The translations under genes were made by a program, and so were the position numbers. From Vairimorpha necatrix (lineage: Eukaryota), in contig CP142728.1 of assembly GCA_036630325.1 (NCBI GenBank), positions 558,001 through 622,000 on the forward strand: DNA of 64,000 nt, read 5' to 3'. The notes under the pieces are model-generated. The model was given only the letters and a program-made list of their open reading frames with translations, did not search any database and was not told where the DNA came from. Shown in pieces: positions 1 to 11,174 of the stretch; the first letter of the stretch is position 1, and every line of letters begins with the position of its first letter.

Positions 1-72
1 TTTGTGTGCTGTGTCGCAACAAAGAAGATTTTATGCCTGTTTTTAAACGCATTTAGGCCAGAAATAATGTTG

Positions 73-723
73 GGTACATGACCGTTTGGAACCCGCTTTG
101 GAAATGAACCCGCAATGAAATTTTAAAAGACCCCCCTTAAAAAATGGCAAAATTGGCAAAAACAATGTTTGTTGAAGCAGATGAGGTTTTTAGTGATGAA
201 ATGTATTCATACATGGAATATAAAGAAAAGATTATTTTGGAAACATTTGATGCTGAATCGGCGTGCGCCTTGCTCGTTTCTGTAAGTAGTAGAAATACTG
301 CTTTTTCCTTGAGGTAATACAAGAAAATGTATAACCTGTTTCTATTATGATCTCTAATCAATGGATAGCATATGATGCCACATTAGCTAAGCAAAGGGAT
401 GGAGCACAGTACTAAGAATCACTCCATAAATGCTATAACCTCTAGCGATTCCGAGTCACAACACCATATAATTTAGTTGGTTTTGGCTCATTTTATAAGA
501 GTTATTCGATCTTAACAAAAACAAAGAAGAACACTATGAGTGCCTTTTACAGTTTCACTGAGCTTTCCAAATTCTTAAAAATCACCGGAAAAATTGTCTT
601 CTGTCATTATTTAAAATAAATCGTTAAGTCCCTTTTTTATAATTTTTTTTTATTTTTCCCTTTTTTCGAATTTTTTCAATGCGGGTTCATTTTCCAAAAG
701 CGGGTTCCAAACGTACATGTACC
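73..723. mobile_element. Non-autonomous TIR DNA transposon (GG..CC termini, 8-bp TSD; Merlin-like)
   Basis: ~45-50-bp imperfect TIRs (GGTACATGACCGTTTGGAACCCGC... / ...GCGGGTTCCAAACGTACATGTACC). TSD TAATGTTG at 65-72 and 724-731. Single-copy empty site in the right arm near 59855-59865. Confidence 0.88.
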
Positions 724-1780
724 TAATGTTGGCTTATTTGTTTTTTCAACGTAGGTAAAGTACTTAGAGGATCATAAAAATAATATTTCTCTACATTTTA
801 GAGCAAATCTTTCAGGTAATTTAAAGACTAGACGAAGTAGAGCTAAATGCTTGTGTATTTGAAATTTCTGGATTATAAGCACGTGGCTAAACTTGTAAAA
901 GACAAAAAAATTAACCATTGTCACAAAATGCAGGCTTGATGACGAGTAGAAGCAACGCCGCAAATGAGATAAAGTTGGACTTATAAAGAGATCGAGGATT
1001 TTTATTAGGTCTATTATTATATACGCATCAAGTCATTTTGTTCGTATAGATATAAAGATACTTATTATTATGTATCAAGTCAAATTAATACGAAATGGGT
1101 TGCTATTTTTACCATTTAAAAGGTAAAAAATTTGACATGACAGATCTCGCGTCTCAGGCCTGTTATTTTTTGAAAGGCTTCTACTGCATTTTAAGAGGTT
1201 TTGAGTAAATTGATACGATTTTAATACATCAATACAATGTCTACCTAGTTCTCTCATGTTTTCGTAAGTTTGCTTATTTTAGCATTATAAAATAAACATA
1301 AAAACATCGAATAAGTTACAATATTGAAGTATGTGTTTAATATCTATTTGTAATATTTTTGAATTTAAAAACATTATTCTTATTTTTTAAATTAAGCCAG
1401 ACACATTGTAATCTTACAGCATAGATATTATGCCGAGGTGTTTTTTATGCTTATTCAATTATTTGATTGTCTTTTAAAATCGTACAATTTAGAATAAATC
1501 TTATTTTATTAAAAAAATTACATCTGTTAAATTATTTTACTAAGACTTATACAGCTTTTCAAGCCATTCTATTTTTTAAATTTGTTCGCCTAATAACTAC
1601 CAGAAAAGTTTCTTTATTTTATTAAAATTAATTTTAAAATATTAAGATATTTACTAAAAATAGTAAATGTTTTTTATTATTTTTTATTTATTTTACTTTA
1701 TGCTTAAATCGTTTGACTTTGTTTGTAAACAAACAAAATGCCAAAATTTTCTATTTAAGTAATTTTTCTTGCCCATAAAA

Positions 1781-3106
1781 ATGAAATTCGCTTTCTTCAT
1801 ACTGACATGTTTATGTGAAAGATCTGTTGTCTTAAATGTCGAAGACAAAAGACAATTTGATAATCTTAAAGTCAATTATGATAGTAATATTGAAAATGGT
1901 AAAGGACAAGGAATACTTGAAGATCTAAAAATTGATCTTTCTAATGAGGAAGACATGAAAAAATTCCAAACTATTATTTCAATTCCTGATGTACCAGAAG
2001 GTATGGGAGAGGTTTCTAAAGTCATAGAGACTTTTGAAACTGATGAGATAGAAGAAATGAAAAAAGGAGAAAGATTTTTTATAATTTTCTTTGTAGACGA
2101 AAAGACCGCTTTATTGCCTGCTGATCATTTTGATCGAACAATGAAAGTCTTTATTTCTTCAGATAAGAATCTTGCCAAGGAGATGAACACCCCTTATCCT
2201 GGTATTTATGGTTTTAATCCTAGAGACAAAGTCTCTTATCAATTTCCTCTAAATGAAGAAACTATTAAAACTATTGGCCCGATTGTTAGCGTAGATCTTA
2301 TTGGGACTTTATCCTATCAGAATCTTGAGTTGTATAAAGCTACAGGTTTACACTCCATGTATGTATTTATAAAACCAGAAGAGATGCAATCATTTTATAA
2401 AAATTATAAATCTGAAGCTTCTAAAGTTAAACATTTAGCAAAATTCTGCTTAATTCCCTATAGAGGCGATAAAGATCAATTGAGCGCATTTGGATTAACA
2501 GAAGAAGATTTACCAGGGATATTATTTATAAATGACGGGTTGAAATATCCACTTAAAAAGTGTTTTGAAAATAATATTCAGTCATTTATCCAAGATGTTT
2601 TAGATAAAAAGATCGAGCCAAAATATGCTTCACAAGATGAACCAGTAAACAATGATGAGTTAAATCTTAAAATCTTTACTAGAAACAATATTCCGAAATT
2701 TAGATCTGACAAGACTAAAGATAAATTAATAGTTTTTAGCTCTCCGAGTTGTAATTTCTGTATTCAGTTGAGACCAGTACTTGAAGAATTGGCCACTATT
2801 TCTCGAACTCATTTTGATAATAAAATCGTCATTGGAACATGTGACATTACAATGAATGACATTGATAATTTCGACATTTCCTCTGTACCTAAAATTTATC
2901 TCGTTAAGGCAGAGACCGATGAAGTTTTTGCATTTGATTCAAAAACAAGATCTGCCGACTCTATCGCCAAGTTTATAAAAACAAATGGATCATTTAATAT
3001 TGACATGTCTACATATTTGACCCAAGTAAATAATGAGACTAATAAAGTAGGCGAAATTAAAGACGAAAAACCTAACGACTCAGATAAAACTAACAGAGAA
3101 CTTTAA
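1781..3106 (+). CDS. Protein disulfide isomerase-like protein (left copy)
   Basis: Hydrophobic signal peptide, thioredoxin-like C-terminal domain with CNFC, PDI-like 'SQDEP' linker, and C-terminal NREL (KDEL-like). ATG 1781 follows a CCC motif. Confidence 0.8.
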   Translation: MKFAFFILTCLCERSVVLNVEDKRQFDNLKVNYDSNIENGKGQGILEDLKIDLSNEEDMKKFQTIISIPDVPEGMGEVSKVIETFETDEIEEMKKGERFFIIFFVDEKTALLPADHFDRTMKVFISSDKNLAKEMNTPYPGIYGFNPRDKVSYQFPLNEETIKTIGPIVSVDLIGTLSYQNLELYKATGLHSMYVFIKPEEMQSFYKNYKSEASKVKHLAKFCLIPYRGDKDQLSAFGLTEEDLPGILFINDGLKYPLKKCFENNIQSFIQDVLDKKIEPKYASQDEPVNNDELNLKIFTRNNIPKFRSDKTKDKLIVFSSPSCNFCIQLRPVLEELATISRTHFDNKIVIGTCDITMNDIDNFDISSVPKIYLVKAETDEVFAFDSKTRSADSIAKFIKTNGSFNIDMSTYLTQVNNETNKVGEIKDEKPNDSDKTNREL

Positions 3107-3252
3107 TTAAAAAATATTTTATAAATTATTTTGCACAAATTAATGAACGTTAAATTTTTTTTATAAAAAATAAATTTTCGTTCTGGTCAGTTAAATATTT
3201 TGATACAACATCTATGACACGTCATCAACAATGAAACTTATAAACAAAATTC

Positions 3253-3672
3253 ATGAATCATAAAGTAGAGATGTTAAAATCAATTTTTTTACTATTTTTA
3301 TTACTATGGTTATTATTTATGATTGGATTGACAATAACTGCCCCATTTTATGGTAGAAAAAAAAATCTTATAGATCAGATAAGAGCAAATCGATCTAATG
3401 CTGACAATAAATCCAGTGACAAGAATAATAAAGAAGAAGACGAATCTTCTAATGATAAAAATAAACAAGCAGACGAATCTTCTAATGATAAAAATAAACA
3501 AGCAGACGAATCTTCTATTAAAAAAAATAAACAAGCAGACGAATCTTATAAAAATAAACAAGAAGACGAATCTTATAAAAATAAACAAGCAGAAGAATCA
3601 ATAAATGACAACACAGAAGAAGAACCTCCTTTAATTATTGCATCACCAGAGAGTAAAAAATTATTTGAATAA
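3253..3672 (+). CDS. Hypothetical protein with N-terminal transmembrane helix and DESS/NKQA tandem repeats (left copy)
   Basis: 139-aa ORF conserved in the other arm, with a hydrophobic stretch followed by charged repeats. Confidence 0.7.
   Translation: MNHKVEMLKSIFLLFLLLWLLFMIGLTITAPFYGRKKNLIDQIRANRSNADNKSSDKNNKEEDESSNDKNKQADESSNDKNKQADESSIKKNKQADESYKNKQEDESYKNKQAEESINDNTEEEPPLIIASPESKKLFE
3439..3600 (+). repeat. Coding minisatellite of 33-bp and 27-bp units
   Basis: Three GACGAATCTTCT...AATAAACAAGCA-type 33-bp units followed by two 27-bp units. The right-arm copy has one fewer 33-bp unit. Confidence 0.9.
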
Positions 3673-3708
3673 AAAAAAATTTAACTTGAAAATTTTTTAG
3701 TTTATTTT

Positions 3709-4095
3709 TTATATGTACCTTTGAAATCCGTTTTCGTCTTCAACAAGTCTCTTTTTTTGTTTCTTTTTTGCTCCGCCAGAATTTACATAAATTTCAGCAT
3801 ATTCGACAATCTCTTCTTCAATTTCTTTGGGATCAGAGAAAAAACTTGAACTGGTAACTTCGCATTCTTTTATTTCTATAAAATCTATAGCATCATTAAT
3901 ATTTTCAAATTCGAATACGTACACGTAAACATCTCCGCATTTCTGTATTGAAATACATTTGGAATTATTTATTTTTAAAATCATTTTATATTCTAAACTA
4001 AATGTGACTAGATTTTCTTTTCGTTCTATATTTGTTTTAACTTTCAAAGAAGTATTAAATTCATTAATAAGAAATGGGAAATTTATTTTTAACAT
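3709..4095 (-). CDS. Hypothetical protein, possibly RRP7-like (left copy)
   Basis: ORF conserved in both arms. The C-terminal basic tract plus EDENGF resembles the RRP7 DEDGW/F motif (weak). Confidence 0.55.
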   Translation of the reverse strand: MLKINFPFLINEFNTSLKVKTNIERKENLVTFSLEYKMILKINNSKCISIQKCGDVYVYVFEFENINDAIDFIEIKECEVTSSSFFSDPKEIEEEIVEYAEIYVNSGGAKKKQKKRLVEDENGFQRYI

Positions 4096-4118
4096 AAAGA
4101 GGATAAAAAAATTTAATT

Positions 4119-4592
4119 TTAAAAACAATTTTTCTCATCAAATATTTTTTGACAATAATCATGTGCTTCTTCTCTACGGACTAAAAATTCACAAAATTTA
4201 CATTTTTTGTAAATTCCATCGGCTTCTAAAATTTTATTTTTAAAAATTACCAGAGCTCGTTTACTTAAAATGTACTTATTTTTTTCATCAATACTTAACC
4301 AATCATTTTCAACTAGTGAACTTAATAAATTCCCTTGTACTTCTTTATCAAATATTATTTTTTCGAATATCTCTATTATTTCTTTATTTTCCTCTTCATT
4401 GTACCCGAGAATAAGCTCTTGATTACCTCCAGTGCTAACAAGAATATAACAAGATTTATCATACCATTCAACTACATCAAAATGTATTTTACGTAAAATT
4501 GAAACAACTTCATTTAGATTTTTTATATTACTTTTATACATTCCCGTAGAAAGTAATTCATAAATAATGTTTTGCAATTCCTCTTCTTTCAT
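4119..4592 (-). CDS. NSE1-like SMC5/6 subunit, reduced (left copy)
   Basis: LVENDWL...Y.LSKRAL winged-helix-like motif followed by a partial RING (CKFC...H.YC). Confidence 0.55.
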   Translation of the reverse strand: MKEEELQNIIYELLSTGMYKSNIKNLNEVVSILRKIHFDVVEWYDKSCYILVSTGGNQELILGYNEEENKEIIEIFEKIIFDKEVQGNLLSSLVENDWLSIDEKNKYILSKRALVIFKNKILEADGIYKKCKFCEFLVRREEAHDYCQKIFDEKNCF

Positions 4593-4643
4593 AAAGGGAA
4601 TAAGATGAAAATTTTTAAATCTAAAAAAAATAAAAATTTTTAT

Positions 4644-5855
4644 TTATTTTTCACATGTCTTTAACTTTTTATAAACTCTAGACATAATTTCATCAGTTTT
4701 TTCTATTTGTTTGTCATTATCAAATGATTTAATTTTTTTCTTAACCACCTTTTTAATAGCTACCCCGTACGCATTAGTCCTGTTTACCGAAAAACAATCT
4801 ATTTTTGCTAAAATAGAAATTTTTGAAGCAAGAAATCTACAAAATTTCGCTTTATTTTTCATTTGTGTTTTTGATACCAATTTGGAATAAAATATTATTC
4901 CGTATTTCGGAGTATCTGATTTTGATTTAAGAGCTTGAAAAAGACTTTTTTCTGCTCCTAATAATTGAATTGTAGATGCTGTGGCTTTTGCTAAATTACA
5001 CAATCCGCCACATAAAACAATTAATTTAGCAGACATCATGTCTCCTAATAATTCGGTAAGATTTGGAGATATCGTCAACATTTTCTCTTTTAAATATTTT
5101 TTTAGACTATTTTTTATATTAATTTTTTCATTGATAATATCACATAAATTTTTTATATTTATCATATCAACTTCGTTGATTTTAATTCCTATTGAATTAT
5201 CTTTTAATTTTATTAATTCGTCAATCTTTTCATTTTTGATATTTTCATTTTTATTTTCAGTTGTAAAAAAAATTACTGCTGCAATGTATTCATCAATACT
5301 GTCACAAGCACAATATAATTCAGGAAAACTCCAACCATATAACTCTTTAATTCTCATAGAATAACTATTAATATCTTTTTCTAGTTGTTCTAACATGTTA
5401 ACTGTGTGTATCAAAATATTATCTTCTTTTTTACTGTTGTATTCAACTTTATTTCTTGAAAAAGTGTGAGCTACTCCTAAAATGAATTGAAGATCAATTT
5501 CAGACTTGAGAAATCGATGCTCATTAAATTTTATTCCTCTATAAATATTTATACTATTTTTTTGTTTAATTTTTATTTCTTTAAGTGCTTGTTTAAAAGA
5601 CGAATCACAATGTAAAATTTTTACATTATTAAGTTCTAGAAAGTTTTCTAATTCTTTTGGTAATTTATTATTGCAAAGCATTTGGATATTTTGAGTGGCC
5701 ATTTGTACATCTGCAAATTCAAACTTAGCTGTTAAATTAACAACTTGTGTTAGTTTCATATATTCTTGATATGATCCTTGAGATAAGTCTTCGTATTCAT
5801 TCATTTCGAATAATAAATATCCTTTGGGATGTTCGTACAAAACATGTTGCTTCAT
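4644..5855 (-). CDS. NOP56: Box C/D snoRNP protein NOP56 (left copy)
   Basis: N-terminal VLYEHPKGY, LEKDINSYSMRIKELYGWSFPEL, and Nop domain ASTIQLLGAEKSLF...TPKYG. Confidence 0.9.
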   Translation of the reverse strand: MKQHVLYEHPKGYLLFEMNEYEDLSQGSYQEYMKLTQVVNLTAKFEFADVQMATQNIQMLCNNKLPKELENFLELNNVKILHCDSSFKQALKEIKIKQKNSINIYRGIKFNEHRFLKSEIDLQFILGVAHTFSRNKVEYNSKKEDNILIHTVNMLEQLEKDINSYSMRIKELYGWSFPELYCACDSIDEYIAAVIFFTTENKNENIKNEKIDELIKLKDNSIGIKINEVDMINIKNLCDIINEKINIKNSLKKYLKEKMLTISPNLTELLGDMMSAKLIVLCGGLCNLAKATASTIQLLGAEKSLFQALKSKSDTPKYGIIFYSKLVSKTQMKNKAKFCRFLASKISILAKIDCFSVNRTNAYGVAIKKVVKKKIKSFDNDKQIEKTDEIMSRVYKKLKTCEK

Positions 5856-5915
5856 TTAAAAGGGGAACTAAATGAAAAAAATAACGGTATTATTTTTAAG
5901 AAATATTTTAAACCC
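5856..5915. promoter_or_regulatory. 60-bp bidirectional promoter region between NOP56 and SUA5
   Basis: Divergent ATGs at 5855 (-) and 5916 (+). Each is preceded on its own strand by a CCC motif (GGGG 5862-5865; CCC 5913-5915), around an AT-rich core. Confidence 0.65.
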
Positions 5916-6905
5916 ATGAAAATTCTATCAATTGAAAATTTAGATATTAATAAAATACTTCATTATTTTGAAAAAGATGTAGTTGTTATACCAACAGAAA
6001 CCGTCTATGGATTAGCAGCCGCAATAAACAATGAAAATGCTTTAAAAAATATTTATAAATTAAAACGTCGTCCTTCGGATAATCCACTTATAGTGCATGT
6101 TTCTTCTATTGAGATGTTAAAAACAGTCATTGAGGGAGAAATACCTAAAGTCTATGAAAAAATAATAGAAAACTTTTGGCCTGGCCCAATATCATTGCTT
6201 TTTAAAGCCAATAAAAATGTTTCTCGTACAGTCACAGCTGGACTAGATACAATTTTAGTAAGAATGCCAGACAATAAAATTATTTTGGAAATTATCGAAA
6301 AACTCAACATTCCTTTAGCTGCACCTTCAGCAAATCTTAGTGGAAAACCAAGTCCTTCGTGCGTCCACCACACTATTGATGATTTTGGTGAAGAATGTCC
6401 TCTTTATTTAGATGGCGGGGAATGTAGAGTCGGCCTAGAGTCGACGGTTTTTACCTATTTAAATAGTCCTGCGATACTCAGACCGGGTGGAATTTGCATT
6501 GAAGTTTTAGAAAAACTAATAGGTGAAAAAATCAATATAAATTATTCCGTTAAAAAGATAGAAAATCAACAAATCTGCCCAGGTCAAAAATATAAACATT
6601 ATAGTCCAAATAATAAATTTGTTTTGATAATTAGTGATTCAGTTAATATTGAAGAATTAGTTAAAGAGTATAAAAAAGTAGGGATATTAACACACTACGA
6701 TTTTAAACCAAAAATGAAAAGAGAACAAGATTGTGAAATTATTTATTTAGGCAATAAACCATACGAAGTGGCTATGAATTTATTTAAGGGGTTACGAAAG
6801 CTAGACGAGACATGTGATATTATAATAACAAAAGGCGTTTCTATAGAAATGGAAGGAGAAGCGATTATGGACAGAGTGAAAAAGGCTGCACATATGATAA
6901 TATAA
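5916..6905 (+). CDS. SUA5: Threonylcarbamoyl-AMP synthase (left copy)
   Basis: PTETVYGLAA, KRRPSDNPLIVHV, FWPGP, AAPSANLSGKPSP, GLESTV, and PGQKYKHYSP plus a Sua5 C-terminal domain. CCC-ATG start at 5916. Confidence 0.95.
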   Translation: MKILSIENLDINKILHYFEKDVVVIPTETVYGLAAAINNENALKNIYKLKRRPSDNPLIVHVSSIEMLKTVIEGEIPKVYEKIIENFWPGPISLLFKANKNVSRTVTAGLDTILVRMPDNKIILEIIEKLNIPLAAPSANLSGKPSPSCVHHTIDDFGEECPLYLDGGECRVGLESTVFTYLNSPAILRPGGICIEVLEKLIGEKININYSVKKIENQQICPGQKYKHYSPNNKFVLIISDSVNIEELVKEYKKVGILTHYDFKPKMKREQDCEIIYLGNKPYEVAMNLFKGLRKLDETCDIIITKGVSIEMEGEAIMDRVKKAAHMII

Positions 6906-6967
6906 AAATAAAATTTTTACAATCTTTATTTATTTTGTTTTTGTTTGGACAAGAGACAAAATTTAAG

Positions 6968-7829
6968 GGCTAATTTTCACTTTATCCCCCCCTTACCAAT
7001 ATAAATACAGAATTTTTTATTTTTAGCCCTGTTTTTCAAAAGTCGAAGCGTCCAGAGCGGAAAGGAACAGAGAAAAATTTACATAAGTAAAAAAATGGTC
7101 TTATAAATATCTAATTTGAACATAATTTATAAAAAATATATTATTTAAACCAATTTAATAATGTTTTCTAATAAACTATGAGTTAAATAGAAGTCTAAAT
7201 TTGTAAAAATATGTTTTAACCTATTGCTTTCTTTTGTCATTACATTTAATTTTTGCCAAAGATAAACATGTTTATACACAGTTTATGTTGTTTAAAACAG
7301 ATTCTAGGTTAGGTTATTCTTAGTTTGGTAGTATATTTATTAGTCTTGTTTTTTAGGTTTTTATTGGTTTTTCTAGACAAACAAAGTAAAAATAATGTTA
7401 TATTTATGCTCTTTTAAGAATTATTGAATCGCATAGAATGTCAATTTAATAAGATATGTTATATTTTAGCTCCAAAAGTAAAACATTACATGTTTGGGAA
7501 ATTCTTTAATTCTTGAAAAATATTCATTTATAACAGCAAATGAACCTTATAAATATTATTTATATAGAGATTTCGTTGTTATACATTGCAATGTACAATA
7601 AAGATAAATCTTGATCAATAATTGGAAGAAGGAAACTTTTAAAAAATTGAAAAAAAAAAAACGAAAAAACAATTGTTTTATTTTTGGTAAATATGCTATT
7701 TTATTACAACTTTATTTTTTTGACTTTTGCTCCTTCACATTTTTTCCGCTTCGAATTTCGAAAAAAAGGGATATTTTTTAAAAATTCTCAATTTATATTG
7801 GTAAGGGGGGGATAAAGTGAAAATGCTCC
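6968..7829. mobile_element. Non-autonomous Merlin-family element inserted in the 3' end of RAD2
   Basis: TIRs GGCTAATTTTCACTTTATCCCCCCC... / ...GGGGGGGATAAAGTGAAAATGCTCC resemble the ends of the Merlin at 61993-63307. TSD AAATTTAAG at 6959-6967 and 7830-7838. Empty site at ~53651-53659. Confidence 0.9.
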
Positions 7830-9363
7830 AAATTTAAGTTCATCGATTTTCTCTTTATCTATCCCTTTGTTTACAAAAAATTGCACTATTTTTTCAAATT
7901 CTAATGTTTTAAATTTTGGTCTCCAGTCTTCCCTAATAGGACAATTCAAATAAATATTTCGATATGATTGTATATCTATATTTTTGAAATTTTCAGATTT
8001 AATATATTTTTCTGCATTTTTAATCCCTATACCTTTTATTCCAACTGTGTAATCTGAACCCAATACAAAACCCAAATCAATAATATCAAAAGTAGACAAT
8101 CCTTTGACTTCTTCTATTCTTTTCGGATCATAGCGTAAAATATTTTTATTTTTACGAAAAAAATTCTTATATACAACACCTCCGTGTAAAAGAATGTCAT
8201 TATCTTCTGTGATAACTCCGTCGATAACACCGGCTCTATAAAGAAATCCACATTCGGCGTCAGATTCAGAAGGAGAATCCAAATATGGCAAATTGAATGC
8301 ATTTATAATTTCTTTAATTATAGACAAAACATTTAAAAAATCCATTGGTTCATTTAAATTAGAATCGATTTTAGAAATTTTTATTGTTTTTCCTTGTGAA
8401 AAATCGTAATTTATTTCATTTGTCTCATTGTCTGCTTCGTAATTATTTTCTTCAGCAAAGAAACCTTCACTAAATTTTTCATTTTTAGTTTTACAAATGG
8501 CTACAATTTCATCTGAAAAATCATTTTTAATTTTTTTTATCGGGATTACATAATTATCATCTATATTTCGATGTGAAATTGTCTCATCTATTTCTAAAAA
8601 ATCATTAATATCCCCATCAGAACTATTTTCATTTCTCATTGGTATCGTTTTTTTGTTAGTTTTTAAAAAAAAACTTTTATTACAATCGGAATTGATTTTT
8701 TTTTTGTTTTTCTGTTTCTAGTTTTTAAATATAAAAACTCACTAAATTTCTGTTTTTAACATTTTTTATTTGCAACTTTGAAAAATCTGTCATTGATTTT
8801 TTATCAATATTAAATCGTTGTTTTCTACGTTCTCTCATTTTTACGAGCATTTTTAATTTCTGCGAATTTGAATATTTTTTTGAATCTAAAAATTTTAAAA
8901 TATTTTCCGTATTATAAAAATCAGAATCAGTTGATATTTTTTTAATTTCTTGCTTCTCCTCTTTAATATTTTTTCCCCATTCATGAAGTCCCTTTAAAGT
9001 GTCTTCTTCAAATTCGTCTTTGATCAATCCGCCGTGTATACACATTCTTATTTTAATCTTGCATTTTTTGCATATTTCGTTATTTATAATATCTTTAACC
9101 AATTTATCCAAGTTTTCCTTTTTTCTTTCTTCTATTACTTTACGTTTTAAAAGATTTGGTGCGCCGTCAAAAATAAATACTGGTCTTATTTCGTGATACA
9201 ACAATTTTATAATTTTTTTTGATACGTAGTAGATTACTTCAGTTTCTGGCATTCCTTTATATTGATGTATCCATATACTTGTATCTATAGCCAGAGTGGT
9301 GTTTTGGGGCGTATGTTTTTCAGCACAGTTACTTATAAGTTTCCATAGCCCTTTTACACCCAT
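7788..9363 (-). pseudogene. RAD2: RAD2/XPG nuclease, disrupted left copy
   Basis: Compared with the intact copy at 52127-53692: ATA AAA became ATT TAA (stop at 8725-8727), a +1 in the T run at 8696-8705 (T10 vs A9), and the C-terminus is replaced by TIR-encoded residues. Confidence 0.85.
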
Positions 9364-9612
9364 AGGGGGGTAGTATTATTTTTTATTTTTTAGCAAATTA
9401 ATTTTTTTTTGATTTATTGGTTTAATAAGAATGGATGGTTAAATTACAAAAATTTTAATACAATTGATATTTTTTTGATAAATTAATTTAATTTCTACCC
9501 AGAGTTAAATTTTTAAAATCAATACAAAAAAAAATGATCATACATATTACAAGTAAAAATAATATTTATTATATAATTGTTTGATAACATTTAAATACTA
9601 AAAAAAAATTGT

Positions 9613-11174
9613 TTAATGATTTGTTTTCGAACAAATATATCTTTGTATAGAGTCGTTTAATATAGTTTCAATATTTTCTAAGAAGGGAACGTCTAATTTT
9701 ATTATTAATTCCTGGATGAACGGAATAAACATTCCATCACAAATTAAGTTGTGGATTTTTGACTTGTTTTTTCTTGATTTCATCAGAATTCTGATAACTT
9801 CCATGGTCTGTGCAGTCAAGGACGTGCTATATTGAAAAAATATGAGATTTGATTCTTTCTTTATGGCAAAAATGAGTTTACTTATTCTAATCCAATATTC
9901 TAAGATATCTCTATTTTCAAAATCCAAAAAATATTCTAGACTAAACATAAAAACCATGTCAATTTCTGGAAGTTGTGGACGACTTACAATTTTAAATTTT
10001 GACTTCATTTCATTAAAATGAGACTCCAAATACGAGAGTGCATATATATATTCAAAGATTTTTATACGATTACTATAAAAATTACAAGAACTATCAAATT
10101 CAATAATTTTTTGCCTAAATATTTTTGATATATTGAATATAAATGTAAATTCATTTTCAAAGATAGCATTAAACTCTTTAGTTTTGATTTGTAACTCGCC
10201 TAATTTGAATCTAGTATAATTTTATCATCAAAAGACATCAAAGATTTTTTTATATAATCCGAAAAAATATATTTTTGGCTTTCTAGTTTGATAAGCGACT
10301 GTATTAAATCTTGTTGATTTTGTAACTCGTCAAACGAAGACATGTTCCAAATCGTAAAATATAATTGTCTTATACATAGACGATAAAAATCCATAATAGA
10401 ATCTATATTTTGTTCTATTATTTTAATTTTATATAGTTTTAGTTCATTTTTAGTTTTATAAAGGACAAGTCTTTCGGTTATAGTTTTAATTAACCCTTTT
10501 AATGTCACATAAGATGATTTAAGATTCTCGATATAACTTGAATGTTCTGAAATTAACATTTCTTTAAAAAAATCCTCTTCAAAAAAAAATAACCAATGTG
10601 GATTTTCATATTTGGTTTTCTGGGTATTATCTTTTTTCTCAAAATATTTAGAGTTTGAACACTCTATAGTGCTATTTTCTGTTTGATTCCCCGAAGTATC
10701 CGACATTTTTGTTTTTGAATCATGTTGATTGCTCTTTGTAGCTTTAACTTCAAGCTCGTTTTTAATCAAATTTTGATCTTTTTGTTTAGATTTTTTTTTC
10801 AATGAATTGTAGTCATACATTGGTATCCTTGATTTAATAGATGAATCAATAACATTTGTTTTATCATTATATTGATTTTTTACGAAGTAAAACTTATGAA
10901 AAGATTGGCTCATGGGAATTTTTGTACTTTTTTCGTTTTTTAATTCTAGGTTTTTCAAAATTTTACAACCTTGAACAGGAGATTTTTTAAGTGTTTCTGA
11001 TGGAACAAAAGGCTTAAAATCAAATTGAAAATCTTCGTTATTACTTAAAAATTCTTCAAAAATTGTATCCTTAACATTTTCAGATGAATCTTGCAAAAAT
11101 AGAGTCTTATCTTCCTTTTCTTTTTGTGTGTGTGATGCCTTTAATTGTAAGTAATTGAATAAAATGAGAAACAT
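9613..11174 (-). pseudogene. Frameshifted copy of the 520-aa hypothetical (signal-peptide-like N-terminus)
   Basis: 1-nt deletion near 10204 (TCAAATTAGG vs TCAAAATTAGG in the right arm) splits it into two ORFs. Could be a homopolymer sequencing error. Confidence 0.7.

Noticed and set aside
3439-3600. CRISPR-like repeat array
   Set aside because: Contiguous coding tandem repeats with no unique spacers, no cas genes, and a eukaryotic context.
3313-3604. Alternative-frame and antisense ORFs over the repeat protein (and similar shadow ORFs over NOP56, SUA5, Gag-Pol and cullin)
   Set aside because: By-products of in-frame repeats and codon bias on the opposite strand; no motifs of their own.
5829-5915. 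Apparent head-to-head overlap of SUA5 and NOP56 in the ORF track
   Set aside because: The CCC-preceded ATG at 5916 is the more plausible start, which removes the overlap.
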